This document shows, piece by piece, positions 11,349 through 23,510 of a DNA stretch of 64,000 nucleotides. The stretch is from Podarcis vaucheri (taxonomy: Eukaryota), in NCBI GenBank assembly GCA_965113315.1, contig OZ220367.1, one strand, 5' to 3'. Made by a program: the position numbers and the translations under genes. The stretch's first letter is position 1. Every line of letters starts with the position of its first letter. The notes beneath the pieces are model-generated. The model worked only from the letters and a program-made list of their open reading frames with translations, searched no databases and had not been told where the DNA came from.

Positions 11349-13698
11349 AGCTGGTGGAACCCTTCCAACAACCAAGCATGGCTAGTGGTGAGGGATAATG
11401 GGAGAAATGCAACATCTAGAGGCTCACATGTTCCCTATCCCTGCCCTAGACAATGTGATAATAGAAAATAGGTGTTAACAATTATAGTGCCAATGCACAA
11501 CTGATGCAGAATTGTTGTGCTGCTCTACCATGGTGCTGGGCTCACAAGAAATACTGGAAAATAATGATGAAGGTCTTAATCCTATATATGCTTTCTTGAG
11601 AGTAAGCCCCAATGAACTCTGTGGAATTTTATTCTGAGCAGATATGCATAGGATGTGCTGTAAGTACATGATTGGGTAGAAAAAGTCAATCTGACATAAT
11701 TCATCAAGCATTTAGAACTTCAAGTAAAAATGCTACGGGTTTTTTGTTTTGTTTTTTTAAACCAAACATGTTGAATTCAACTTTATTTTGACAAAAACAT
11801 ACAGCTGATCAATTCAATCTGTTAGAATTGCATCACATCAATATAGAAAATAATTTGCAAAGAAACCATAGGTGAGTTGTGGAATATTATATTTTGAAAT
11901 ATGCCTGCTTTTTTTGTATATGTCCCCTTATTTGAGTAGTCATTGTGTGAATTGTATTAACCAACAATAATAACTTAAGTTGAGATGTCATGAAAGTATA
12001 CCATTCCTCAGTTATTTGGCTGACTGCTGGAAATATATTGAACCAAGATGAATGGGCTAATGCACCATCTTATTATTATGAACACTGCAGAATACCAGTG
12101 ATTAATTTAAAGCATGTGATATGGAAACCTAGAACCAAAACTGAATAGAAACGAACAAGTCTGAATTTTGCTGTACAGATGTGGGCGGCTGATAATTTTG
12201 GGCACCTTTCCCCATCTACATCTCATTTACTTACTATGTGGAATTGGTCATGTGCCATGAAGATTGTTTCTCTTCCCTTGCTCTTCCCAGCTTTATGTTG
12301 TTGATGTAGCTGTATAGCTAGTAATTTAACAAAATACTGTCCACCAGGTGTGGGAAAGAGTGTATTGTAATACCAGATTGTTGCTTAATTCATATGCAAC
12401 ATAACCTAGCACATGGAAAGTATTATAAATCTATTTACCATGTGGCTGGTCTGATGATAACATTGTATTAAATTCCCAGGTGAAGCAATTTAAGCAATTG
12501 CTTTGCCATGTGTGGCCCATGGAAATTAACTTCTCATATGATTTAGTAATAGGCTAACTTCATTGTTATGCTCAGATTAGTAGTTTAGCAGAATTCTTAT
12601 AGTTGTGGCTACATGTACTCTGCTACACATGTAAAATTACACACTGGGGTGGTGCTGCAGATCACAGTTCTTAATTAGTTTAAGCTGAATTAATTCATTT
12701 CATTTCTAATTTAACTGTGTTTGCCTGTGAATATATTCAGTTCAGTTGGGAAATGTTAAGACTTGGGTCAAGCAGACAGATTGTTTAAAGCCAAATTGCC
12801 AGACAGAACTGAGCAAGTGTATCTGTTTGAACAGGGCTTTAAGAGAATCAGTATGCAAAAAATCCTGTTCCTTTACCAAGTGATGTCTGCCTGGAATCAA
12901 ATTGTTCCTTGGTGTAAGGTCTGTGTATTGTGGTACATTTAAAGTAGCTACTGGAATAGTCTTTGAACAGTCTGAGCCTGCTATCTGTGTTTGTGTGGAC
13001 TTTTAAGGTTATGGATGATTATAAACCAGACTTGGTGGCTTCTTTGCTCTGTGTTCCGAACCTCATAACAAGGTATAGTAGGTTTAGTATCCCGAATTAT
13101 GAAGCCCACCTACGCAACTGCATTAGGCTTGTTAAATCAATAACCATTTTACTTCCGGATTTGAGGTCACATCTCACCAGGTTTTAGCCCACTTCTATTC
13201 GGAATCTGAACTTGGTGTATATTTTCTTCACATTTTGGTAGGATGGGTGTGATAACTGACCTTATAAGCTATTGCACGCAGACCATGGTAATGCTTGTAA
13301 ACTTTTGTGTTCACCAAACTAAACTATGCCTAGAACTACAAAACTCAGCCAGCTGACCAATCCGTTTACTTGAGGAAAGAGTGCATGTCTACTTCTAGGT
13401 TGAGTTCTTTGGAAGGGCAGTGAATAATGTCTCATATCGTCTAGATGGCGCTGTACATTTGGTAGGCATTTGAGTTTGCAGTTCCAGAGAATTGTCCTAA
13501 AGACTTGGCTCATTTAGCGGGTATCTGCTCGGTTTTCTTAATGCTTTAAAAATGCAGCACGCTTGGTAAGCTGAATTGAGATAACCTTGCCCCTTTGCTG
13601 TGCAGAACTATACCTTTCTCTTGAACTATAAGCAAATTGTATGTGTATTTCCGTGCCTAGTAGAATTAAGCAGCACTTTTGTGCTCACGATGCATCTT

Positions 13699-13728
13699 GC
13701 GCGCGCGCGCTCACGCACACACACACAC
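13699..13728. repeat. (GC)6 plus (CA)n alternating purine-pyrimidine tract
   Basis: GCGCGCGCGCGCTCACGCACACACACACAC. Confidence 0.9.
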
Positions 13729-13885
13729 TCACGAGTCAGGAGTGCTGGGACGGGACTTGTGTTTGACAGCCCTTTGCTGGGCAGAATCTGTATATAAGAA
13801 CTCTTAAGCTCATATCGAGCTGCCCAGAAAAGGCATTGGATTACAGAATCTGTAAAGCTTCTGTCTCTTCCAGAAACATACATAT

Positions 13886-14033
13886 NNNNNNNNNNNNNNN
13901 NNNNNNNNNNNNNNNNNNNNNNNNNNNNNNNNNNNNNNNNNNNNNNNNNNNNNNNNNNNNNNNNNNNNNNNNNNNNNNNNNNNNNNNNNNNNNNNNNNNN
14001 NNNNNNNNNNNNNNNNNNNNNNNNNNNNNNNNN
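13886..14033. other. 148-nt N-run in unique sequence
   Basis: Run of N; flanks are non-repetitive. Confidence 0.95.
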
Positions 14034-14147
14034 GACATTTTCCAGCACAAACTATTATGCCTGCATTTGGCTACCGTACAAATTTACACTCAATACAGAA
14101 TGGTGAAATTAGGAGCATAAAGCACCTTTTATAATTGTTACAATAAA

Positions 14148-14236
14148 AGTGAAATCCTATACATGTCTACACAGAAGTAAGTCTAATTGAGTTTTTCTGG
14201 CTTACTCCCAGGTAAGTAGGTATAGGATTGCACTGT
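14148..14236. mobile_element. ~90-bp palindromic MITE (other degraded copies at ~1-60, 6705-6793, 11575-11662, 33198-33287, 35105-35195, 50280-50352, 53697-53782)
   Basis: AATCCTATACA...AGTAAG...TTACT...TAGGATTGCA fold-back pattern recurring at these positions. Confidence 0.65.
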
Positions 14237-15159
14237 AGAATTTGTTCTGCTGCTATTTCTAGTGATGATCTGTTTCACTTAGGGGTGCTAGTAAGATTAT
14301 TTGAAGTTATTATTTTAAAGACAAATGAGAGTACTGTATTGATATTTTAGCTAGATTCTGAGAGAACAAATGGGCACTTTAGTTCAAAGGCCTGGTCTTT
14401 TATGTGATCAATTCATTTTGGGATGAAATTGTGATCAAAAGTAGTATCAAATTATTTATTAATGAATATGGCAGAGTCGGACCTAATTGTAGTCAAAAGG
14501 TTTAGTTGTTCTATAAAACTGCTTCTTTTATAATTGAGAGAGATCATGATAATAAAGGGACCGTGACAATAAATGTTAGCTTTGCTATTGATGTAGATTA
14601 TATTGAACTAAAACAAATTTACAACAAAATCTCCATAGAACACGAAGCTCTGTCAAAACAATGTAATTTTTTTTTTTGCAAAGTGAACAGATTTCTGTTT
14701 GGATAGATGCTGTTTTATAGACCCAGTGACCACCTCTAGGTTTTAGAAACTTGGGATAAGGCAGACAAATGCCAGAAGATGCCTGAAGAATTACTACATA
14801 CACTTTTTAAAAAATCGAAATTACTTGTTGCTAGTGCTATGTTTTCTTATCTGTATAGCAAAAAGTATATTTCAAATCCAGGGGTCAACATATTCTAGTT
14901 TAGCAGCCAGCACTACTTTTCGTAGCTGCATATTTTGTTGGCACTCACAGAGGAGCTCCATGGCTTCATGATCTCTGTTGAATCACCACTGCTGCTCCCA
15001 TATGTCTGTGTGAACTTTTGCACTTGGAAGCCTGTTCTACTTTTGTAGAATTCTGGTCAGGGTTTCAAATTGCACATGGAGTGAACCTGAGTAGAAAAGG
15101 CTCCCTGCTTGCAGATGTTCAATCTTCAACATATGGAGAACTGAGGGAGGACTAATATT

Positions 15160-16140
15160 TTTTATTGATGATGATATCTTTAATTTAATAAATGCTTTCT
15201 ACACAATCTATTCAGTGCAATGTACCATAAAAACTGGGGGGAAACAGTTAAAAACTGAAAAAACAGCCAATGCAACTAAAACAATACAAAATAGACCCTC
15301 CTGGAAAAGACCCATTTAGCCAGCTAAGAAAGCCTTTTGGAACAAACATGTCTTCAGCTGTTTCCAGAAAGTGCAGGTAGTGGGAGCCTGTCATATCTCA
15401 ACAGGAATGCTGTTCCCCAGAACACAATGGCCAGACTAAAAGCCCTGTGCCAAGTTACTGTGGAATAGGCTTCTGATACCTTCAGAGCTTGCAGAAGAAA
15501 TTTTCCAACAGACTCCAGTGATCTACTGGATATATAAGAGATATGGTGGTCTCTCAAATAACCTGTTCCTGTTCCTGAACTGTATAGGAATGTTAATACC
15601 TATATGTTAGTACCAACACCTTGGCCTGCTTGCAGACTGGGTGTGCAAATCTTATAAGCAAGGTGTGATACGTTGGTGACAGTTTGTCCCCACAATCAAC
15701 CTAGCTGCTGCATTTTGCATCAACCGCAGCCTCTTGGCTAGAATCCATTGCAGTAATCCAGCTGTGAGGTTGCCAGTGCATAAGCAACAGCGGTCAAGCT
15801 ACCCCATCCATGAACAGCCATAGATGCTTTAGCAAAAGGCCCTCAGAGCCACTGAGGCAGAAGTTGGCAAAAGGCAGTTCTAGCCACTGAGGTTACATGT
15901 GCATTGAGTGACCGAGGTGGTTTCAGGAGTGCTCCCAAACTACACATTTGTTCCTTCAGGGAGAGTAAGACCACATTGAGGGCAGGCAATTTACTAATTT
16001 ATTGGAACCAGTCCTCAACTGCATCCAGATACTCAAGGCCATTCCTGCTTCAGATGTAACAAAGAAATAGAGTTGGGTATCATCCCCCTATTTATGACAC
16101 TTTGCTCCAAAACTCCTAATGGCTTCATGTAGATGGTAAT
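15160..16140 (-). mobile_element. Old L2 LINE fragment
   Basis: Minus strand DDTQLYF (near 16066-16085) and HRAFSL motif; many disruptions. Confidence 0.8.
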
Positions 16141-16339
16141 ATCCCCTTTCATGCAGTGGTAATCTCACGAGATGAAATAAGTACTGTTTCAACCTTCTCC
16201 AAAGCCCAGCATGATGAAATATTCCCCAACCCTTCTCACGGGAACTTGGAGAGGGCTGGGTTATTATTTCATGTCACAGTAAAATATACACCTGTCTCTG
16301 AGGTTTCTCCCGCTAATGCTGGGAGGTGTGTGACCATAT

Positions 16340-16558
16340 GAAGCTGCTTTAAGCCTATTCAGACTCCTGATTCATCAAGTGGCTACATTCTAGTTCAATA
16401 CCATCTACTCTGACTAACAGTTGCTATGCAAGGTATCAAGCTGTGTCTTTTCTAAACCTACATCCTAAGATTCTTTAAGCTGGATATGTGGGAAATTGAA
16501 TCTGAGACCTTGCCTATGCAAACCACATCCTTTATCACTGAGCTACAGCTTCCTCCCT
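16340..16558 (-). mobile_element. Old tRNA-derived SINE (second squamate family)
   Basis: Minus strand AGCTGTAGCTCAGTGATAAAG (box A) ... GGTCTCAGATTCAATTTCC (box B), with a CR1-like 3' part. Confidence 0.65.
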
Positions 16559-19554
16559 TTTATGTTGGAACCTGGTGGAATGGCAGTGCCTCTGACAACC
16601 AGGTTCATAGACTTGGTCAAATCCCCATTAGTCACAATTGAATTTCCATGAGCCACCCAGTCACAGTACTGAACCCAAGCTACATGTCTTTTGTTTTTGT
16701 AAAGAGCCTACTTACATATGACATTCTTCATGTCCAAAGCAGCCACAATGTAAGCCAGGGTCTGCCTTGGAATTCTTGAGCTCTTACTTACTTCGCCAAC
16801 CCTTTATTAGGAATTACAAATTCTTGAGCTCCCCTTGAGACAAAGAGGATGCTGGGAGGAAATTGTGGGAACAGCACACTGCCTGCTTTTCTCAATCTGT
16901 CTGGGGTTTTTTTTTTTTTTTAAATTATCTCATGTGTGATTATGTTTACTCATCTTCTTCTCAGTCCCTAGAGACAATTAGCCACTCAAGAAGAAATAAT
17001 AAAATTGATAGACAGGGGGCAGTTAGTGGCTTCTGCTTCCCTGTGTGTTTGCCTGTTATCCCCTCTGGCCTTTACTACTTTTCTCTGAGGGAGCTTTTGA
17101 ATTCTCAAGAGACAGAGCCTGTTTTATATGTGACTTGCTGTGATCAATGTAATGTGTATTTAGGCTGTAAGCCTTATGCACACATGCAGGCATGCACACA
17201 TGCACACACACCCATTTTCCTTGATGCAAAAAGCACTTGTTCCTTTCCAAACCTGGACAGTGAATTAAGAGGAAGTTAAACTAAAATCTTTCCCAGCTCT
17301 CTCTGTGTGTGCACATATGAGTATACTCTGGTGCAGGCTTGAAAAAGCACACACAAGTTAGCCCAGTTGCTTAATGGGCAAACCTATGGGCAATGCAGGC
17401 TATTTTCAGATCATTGTGGTTGCATATCTGTAACAGCACAAATACCATTGCTATTGGTGGCTATTGACCGTGTATGGTTAAACTTAATCTTAAACTGAAA
17501 ATCTTAAATGGAAAAGAAAGATTGGATCATGTATTGACATGCATTTGTAACTTCTTTCCTTGTCTGATGTATATCAAACAAAAAATAGGATAATATCATA
17601 ATTGAGCAATCTATGCCAATTTGTTGGCTTTTTGGTGAAAAAAGAGAAAAACAAAACCCATCTCCATATGATATTCTTGCATACTGCAGAGTGTTTTAGT
17701 CCCCCATAGTGATGAAATGAATAATTTAAACAGGCAGCTCTGATACCACAGCCTCTTTAAAGGTTCCCATTTCCTTTAATGCTGTAGAGACTGCTTTTAC
17801 TTGGTTAATATGAAACTGCTGTGTCTGAGATATCCAAATAGTAAAAAGGGGGTAGGATATGCTATGTCCATTATACAAGTTCTATGGTTTGTATGACTAA
17901 GGCTTTAGTATATATACTCTGTTGAATACTAGGGGTTTCATAATGTTAAGGGTGCCACAAATAACCATTGAAATTAAAAGAAGTCTAAAACTTACCGTTT
18001 ACTTGCTTGGTGAAGTATTAACTGCTTTCTCATTTGGCATTTTGTTTGTAAATTGATCGGCTTGAAAGTTTTTCTTTTGTCTTGAAAGTTGAAAATTGAT
18101 ACACTGTATCAGATTTAAATTCAATATATGCATTCAGATTGAATTGCCAGCTAAATCTGCAAACCTGTTTTCAAAGAAGGGAGAAAAATGTAAAACATTG
18201 GAAATAAAATTAGTTTACATTCTGCATTTTGAATTCAAACTTCAGCTTTAATCTTGCTTTCAAGGGTGGGGGGCACCAAATTGTAACAATTAATGCAGTG
18301 TGGTAGCTTGAGCACAGACCAGTTCACATGAGGGCCAGGAAAGAGTGAGACCTTTCAAATATTGTGCTTGAAAGTTTAGTTTAAAGCTAGCTTTTCCCCC
18401 AGTGATGTTATAATTTTTCAGTTTTTATGTAATAGGCTTTTCATATGCTTGGCTACTGAATGCTGTTACATGCTCAACTTTCATTTGGCATATTCCCAGA
18501 AGCTAGCTAGGTGTCTTGCGTGGAAAGCTCAATGTTAGGATTCCCCAGTTGCCTCATACACCATGGGAAAAGACCAAATACATCAAAAGGATTTTGAACA
18601 AAGCTGCAATTTTTATCACATCTAGTTTAATCCAATAAGAATTGCCCGGTATGATGCCTTGCAATCTAATCTGTGTTAGTATCCCGGTGCAGGAGGGAGA
18701 TTGTTTAATCATGGATGCCTGCTTCCAATTGAGGAAAAGGCAGTGCATCAGTTCTCCCCAAAGCAGCAACTCATGAAGATCTCTTACAGTCCAGTTTAGC
18801 TGAATCTCCCCCCCCCCCACCCCACAAAAAGCTAACCCTTGTTTGTCTGCATGCTTTCTTCCCTTTTGGAGCACTGAGTTCACTATGTGATTATAATCAG
18901 CTGGATTTCAGGCTTTCTGTTCGGCCTTTTGAGACGTAGAAGTTCTTTGTTTAAAAGTTTTTTAATACAGTACAGTATAGGAAGGAAACTGAACAGGATA
19001 AAACAAAAACAAAAAACCTCCCCCAGTCTTATTGATTTTTTGTTTTGATATTTGCACTTCCATTCTTGGTATAGCTATACCAAATATAAAGATTAGATTG
19101 TAATTCCTGCTTGCTCTCCAATATACGCTCACTTCTCTGTGACCTGGCGTATAGCCAAGTGGTTCACATAATCAGACATTTGGTTAAACAGAGTTAGGGA
19201 AGTGTGAAATGACATAGGGATCATTTGGTTTGAGGGAGGGAATTCAGTGAATGAAAATCAGGATTTGGGGCTTGCCCCTATTCAATTTTTTTTCTGTGTA
19301 TGCTGTGCTTTGCTAGCTTCATTTTGGGGAAGGGATTTAATTTAAAGATCCCGCCAAAAGTGCTGGTAATTTCTGTATTGCATTTGACATCCTGTTGTCA
19401 AAACTACTTTGTGATAACTTTCTTTAGAGATTTTCCCATCAAATGGGTATCCATTAGAGGGCTCTCGAGGTTTTGAGATGATCAGCCTTGATAGTGATGA
19501 CTCCGGAGCCTTGCTTGCTCACATTTTTTTCCCCTTTCTCTTTTTGTTTTACAG

Positions 19555-19632
19555 AAAAGGTCACGGATTGCCTACAGTGACGAGGTGCGGAATGAGCTCC
19601 TAGGGGATGATGGGAATTCCTCAGAGATCCAG
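19555..19632 (+). CDS. VTI1A: Internal coding exon of VTI1A (vesicle transport through interaction with t-SNAREs 1A), equivalent to mammalian coding exon 4
   Basis: 78-nt phase 0-0 exon. It is preceded by a branch-point-like GCTCAC (A at 19521), a long polypyrimidine tract and TTTTACAG, and followed by CAG|GTAGG. It translates to KRSRIAYSDEVRNELLGDDGNSSEIQ, matching the recalled vertebrate VTI1A segment KRSRIAYSDEVRNELLGDDGNSSENQ at 25/26 positions. Confidence 0.96.
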
Positions 19633-21368
19633 GTAGGATGCTAATCAAGAAGCCCTAGTGGGTGGCTGGAGGGTGAAGGAGGTCATTGGCACACTGGGCT
19701 TCTCAATCTGCTCCTTAACAGCATTAGTAACAACTCATGTGGAAGTGATACTGTTTAATGCAAAGCTGGGGTCTTAATCAACTTCAAAATGTTTCTTGGA
19801 GATCTTACAATTTAACCCTTTACCTTGTGATCGCTGTCTGCTATCTTTTCGTTTTTTTAAAAAAGGGGGGGAATCTTTTCTTCTCTTCTTCTTTATTATT
19901 TGGTACTTAAGGAATAACTTGAAACACAATGTTTGCCGACAAAGCCAAGGTCTTCACCTCAAACACATGTAAAAGGAATAAAAAATTACATAATGCAGCT
20001 TTGATAAGAATGAAGCATAATTAAATCAACACTGGCAGGCAAAACAAATGAAAATGAGCTTTCAGAATCTGACAGTTTCTCTGTTTCTATGTAGGTTGTC
20101 TTCTCTGAATCAGATATTCTTCTCTTGAGTAAAACTGCAAATTATGCTCAAAAGTATACCATTTGAATAGATACAGTATAAAACACTAGTGTTTTAAGGG
20201 AAGAACTATATGCCTGTTAATTAATCTTATTATGTTCTGTGTTCATTACACTGTAACCAATGTCCTAGTAGAATTCCCCCCCCCCAATTATTAAACAAGT
20301 ATTTTCACAGCTTAACACATTATTGTATCTATATAAAGCTTTAGCTATAGTTTTTTTTAAGACCTGTTCCCAGGTTTGTCTACTTTGAGACCTTCCTAGA
20401 TGAAGAAGTTAATTCAAACTTGACAGAATTAGATTGAAGTTTTAAATGCCTAATAACAAAGAAATGGTGTGTGAAGTTAGAAGAAAGTCTAATATTAAAG
20501 AAAGTTTCTTACTGATTTCAATTTGAACTTTCCTTTCATAATGTTTCTAATTCTAAAAACTTGGTAATACTTGAATACATTTGTATGTATTAAATTATTG
20601 TTTCTTTTAACATGTGGAGTTAGAGAGCAACGTTCTGTACTTGCCATATGTTGCATAATACATTAAAATTAGCTCGTACACTTAGGATATAGCCTAATTA
20701 AGGACCCAGCTACTGCTGATTGAGAACTTTTAAGTTCCATTGTATTGTGACAGAGTTATGCTTCATTCTCCTATTGAAATCATTGGGATTATAAAGCATA
20801 TAACGTTGACAAGATTGTGGTCCTGCCTTTATAGCCTACAGCTTCTTAATGTGCAATTATTTAATAAGGGTATTGTCCAAACTCCTGATAAGTTTGAAAG
20901 ATATTCTAAAAGTGGGCATCATTTTCAGACAAAAAACATTGGACATTCAGATACCATGGATAAAGTTCAAACCTCAAAAAAAGAAGTTTAGGCTCCTGGA
21001 TTCAAATTCTATTGCTTGTTTTCAGATTGCACAGTAAATTACATGTGACACCAGCCTTGAAAGAAATGTTATGATAAAAACTCTAGTTTAAAACAGAGTT
21101 TACTCTTTTGTAGAATAGTTTTTTTACTTTTGTTCTCAACCTTTGAGGATGAAAACTACTGACTGATACTTTTTACGTATGTCAGCGATATATTTGTAGA
21201 CTGTATATTTATGAAAGGAGGAAGAAACTAATTGAAATTAATTCAAGAAATATCATTCTGTGGCAGACGGTCAAAATATAAACGCAAGGAAATATTGTTT
21301 CTTCATTTTCCTAAATATTGACATTATACATATACCCTAGTTTGCCAAAATTGACAGATTTGTCTTTT

Positions 21369-21505
21369 TGGGTGCTGTTTTTCTAGAAAAAGAGGTGCTG
21401 GAACTAACCATGAATGCATCCCTTGTTCTCTTATAATGACAATGGCACCCACCTGAGAGGTGCTGGGACTGAGTTCCGGCAAGTTCCGGCTAAATAAAAG
21501 CCCTG
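21369..21505. mobile_element. Short hAT-type MITE
   Basis: GTGCTGTTTTTCTAG...AAAAGCCCTG ends, internal repeated GAGGTGCTGG and AGTTCCGGC motifs, TTGTCTT on both flanks. Confidence 0.6.
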
Positions 21506-23306
21506 CTTGTCTTCCCTCTCAGGGATATTGTGCAAATGTTCTATAATACTTTATTTCTTGTTTCATGTTACTAGTAAGACTATCCATAATGAAGAAGCAC
21601 AATTCTCAATCTGTATCACTCAGCTGTTTTGGGGCCTAGATTTAGAAAGCCTTATAGCTTTAGCACCCAAAGGATATATGTAAAGTGTGAAGAATTTCAA
21701 TATGCCCAATCCTCAGATTCATTTCTGTAACAGTAGTGTAGAACACCTTGATTTATATATTAAAAGTCGTGGATCTGTCAAATTCATTTGCTGCTGTTTG
21801 ACCGTTTAATCAGGTTAAGGTTAAATTGCAGAAATGAAAGTGGTTTGTCCACCACTCTAATCCCCAAATGTAACATAAATCAATACATAAATCACTGAAA
21901 AGCAGATGCTGCATAAAAATAACTGTCTTGGGTTTTGGCAAAGTAGGAGTATTGACCTCTTCACACCACCTGATAAATATCTGAATAGAGACTTAGCCAA
22001 GAGAGCTAGAAACTTCTAAAGTCAGGGAGCTCTAGATCAGTGTCAGTAATATTAAACATATTCAGTTTTTGAGAATGTGAACTCTGTGTGTAATACATTT
22101 AAGCATATGTGATTGTGAGGAATATGTTACCTGTTGATTCACTCTGTCTAGTGGTGTTTCAGAGGTATACTGGTATAACTTTGTTATTCTAGTACGTATA
22201 CCGAATTGGATATCAAATAATTTGCGAACCACTCTTAGTTGGAAACAATAAAGAATGTGAAATATTTGAAATTCTATATTGTGGCATTTTGGTTCTGTGC
22301 TGTTGACAACATTGTCTAAGATGATTTTCATGATTTGTTGCCTACTTTAAGGCAATGGCAGACCCAAGATAGGTATATTAATGTATGTAAAAGCTGCTAT
22401 TCCCATTCTGTGCTTTTTCTCTGTAAAAAGAAACATCCTTGATAGGGATAAATGGCTTTGGGCTCACTATATTCTGGATTTAGTTAATTTCTTGGCTTTG
22501 TGTTGATTAATTTTCTTCCAATTTAAATCGAGTGAAACATAATCAGATGTAGCACATTTTGCAGTACAAAGGCAGGAGGGAAAAACCGGATGGTTCATAG
22601 TTGGGTTATCTTTTCCCTCCAGGAGCACACTTTACTAATTTATAGTAAACAATTAAATGTTGTCCATTACACATCACAGAATGAGAATATATATATAAGC
22701 AGTGTAGTATTTTAAGCACTCTAGTATTTTCAGCTGGTCTTTGTAATTATGTCTGCTGCATCCATCAAATCACTTGAAAGGCCCAGTTACTTCAATGCAG
22801 CAATACAGTACCAAGTTGTACCTTCCACTTAATATTTTGCGGTTACTGGAGAGGGTGGTGGGTCTGTTGTTCAGAAAAAGAAGCATATCATTCATTAATA
22901 AATTGTTTGCTTGCGAAAATATATTGGGTATTCATTTGGTATTTACAAATTCCACAATTTGATATGAAACGCTGTTTTCTTTCTGAAATTAGATTTGTTG
23001 GGCTAATGTGAGAAAATTCTTAATTAGACTTTTTCAGTTGGTCTAAAATGAAAAAAAAAGTACATCAAGGCAGCATATATGCTACCTATAGAACATAAAT
23101 ATTTTGTGGTGATATGGTTACCTAATTTTTGACAACTAAGCTCTGATAATGTAAGATTTGGACTTGCTGTGCATAAAGTGTGTCAAAACTCCAGAAACAG
23201 ACCAGGGGGTGAAGTTGGTCAATTTAATTCCCCAAGATCTAAAGGAGGTCTGTATCACTTCATATAGCCCTGGCAGAGCAGATCATTACCAGTCACAAAT
23301 CTGTTC

Positions 23307-23446
23307 NNNNNNNNNNNNNNNNNNNNNNNNNNNNNNNNNNNNNNNNNNNNNNNNNNNNNNNNNNNNNNNNNNNNNNNNNNNNNNNNNNNNNNNNNNNNNN
23401 NNNNNNNNNNNNNNNNNNNNNNNNNNNNNNNNNNNNNNNNNNNNNN
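23307..23446. other. 140-nt N-run in unique sequence
   Basis: Run of N; the right flank is CpG-rich and motif-rich. Confidence 0.95.
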
Positions 23447-23468
23447 GCAGTAGCGTTATCAGCTTCTT

Positions 23469-23510
23469 GGGCGGGGGGGAATTCGGTAGTTCTCCATGTC
23501 ACGTGACGTG
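23469..23510. promoter_or_regulatory. GC box plus palindromic GTCACGTGAC (CLEAR/USF E-box) overlapping a TGACGT CRE half-site
   Basis: GGGCGGGG at 23469-23476 and GTCACGTGAC at 23498-23507, in a CpG-retaining patch beside an N-run. Function is inferred. Confidence 0.45.

Noticed and set aside
19454-19648. Minus-strand 64-aa ORF
   Set aside because: It is the antisense shadow of the VTI1A exon.
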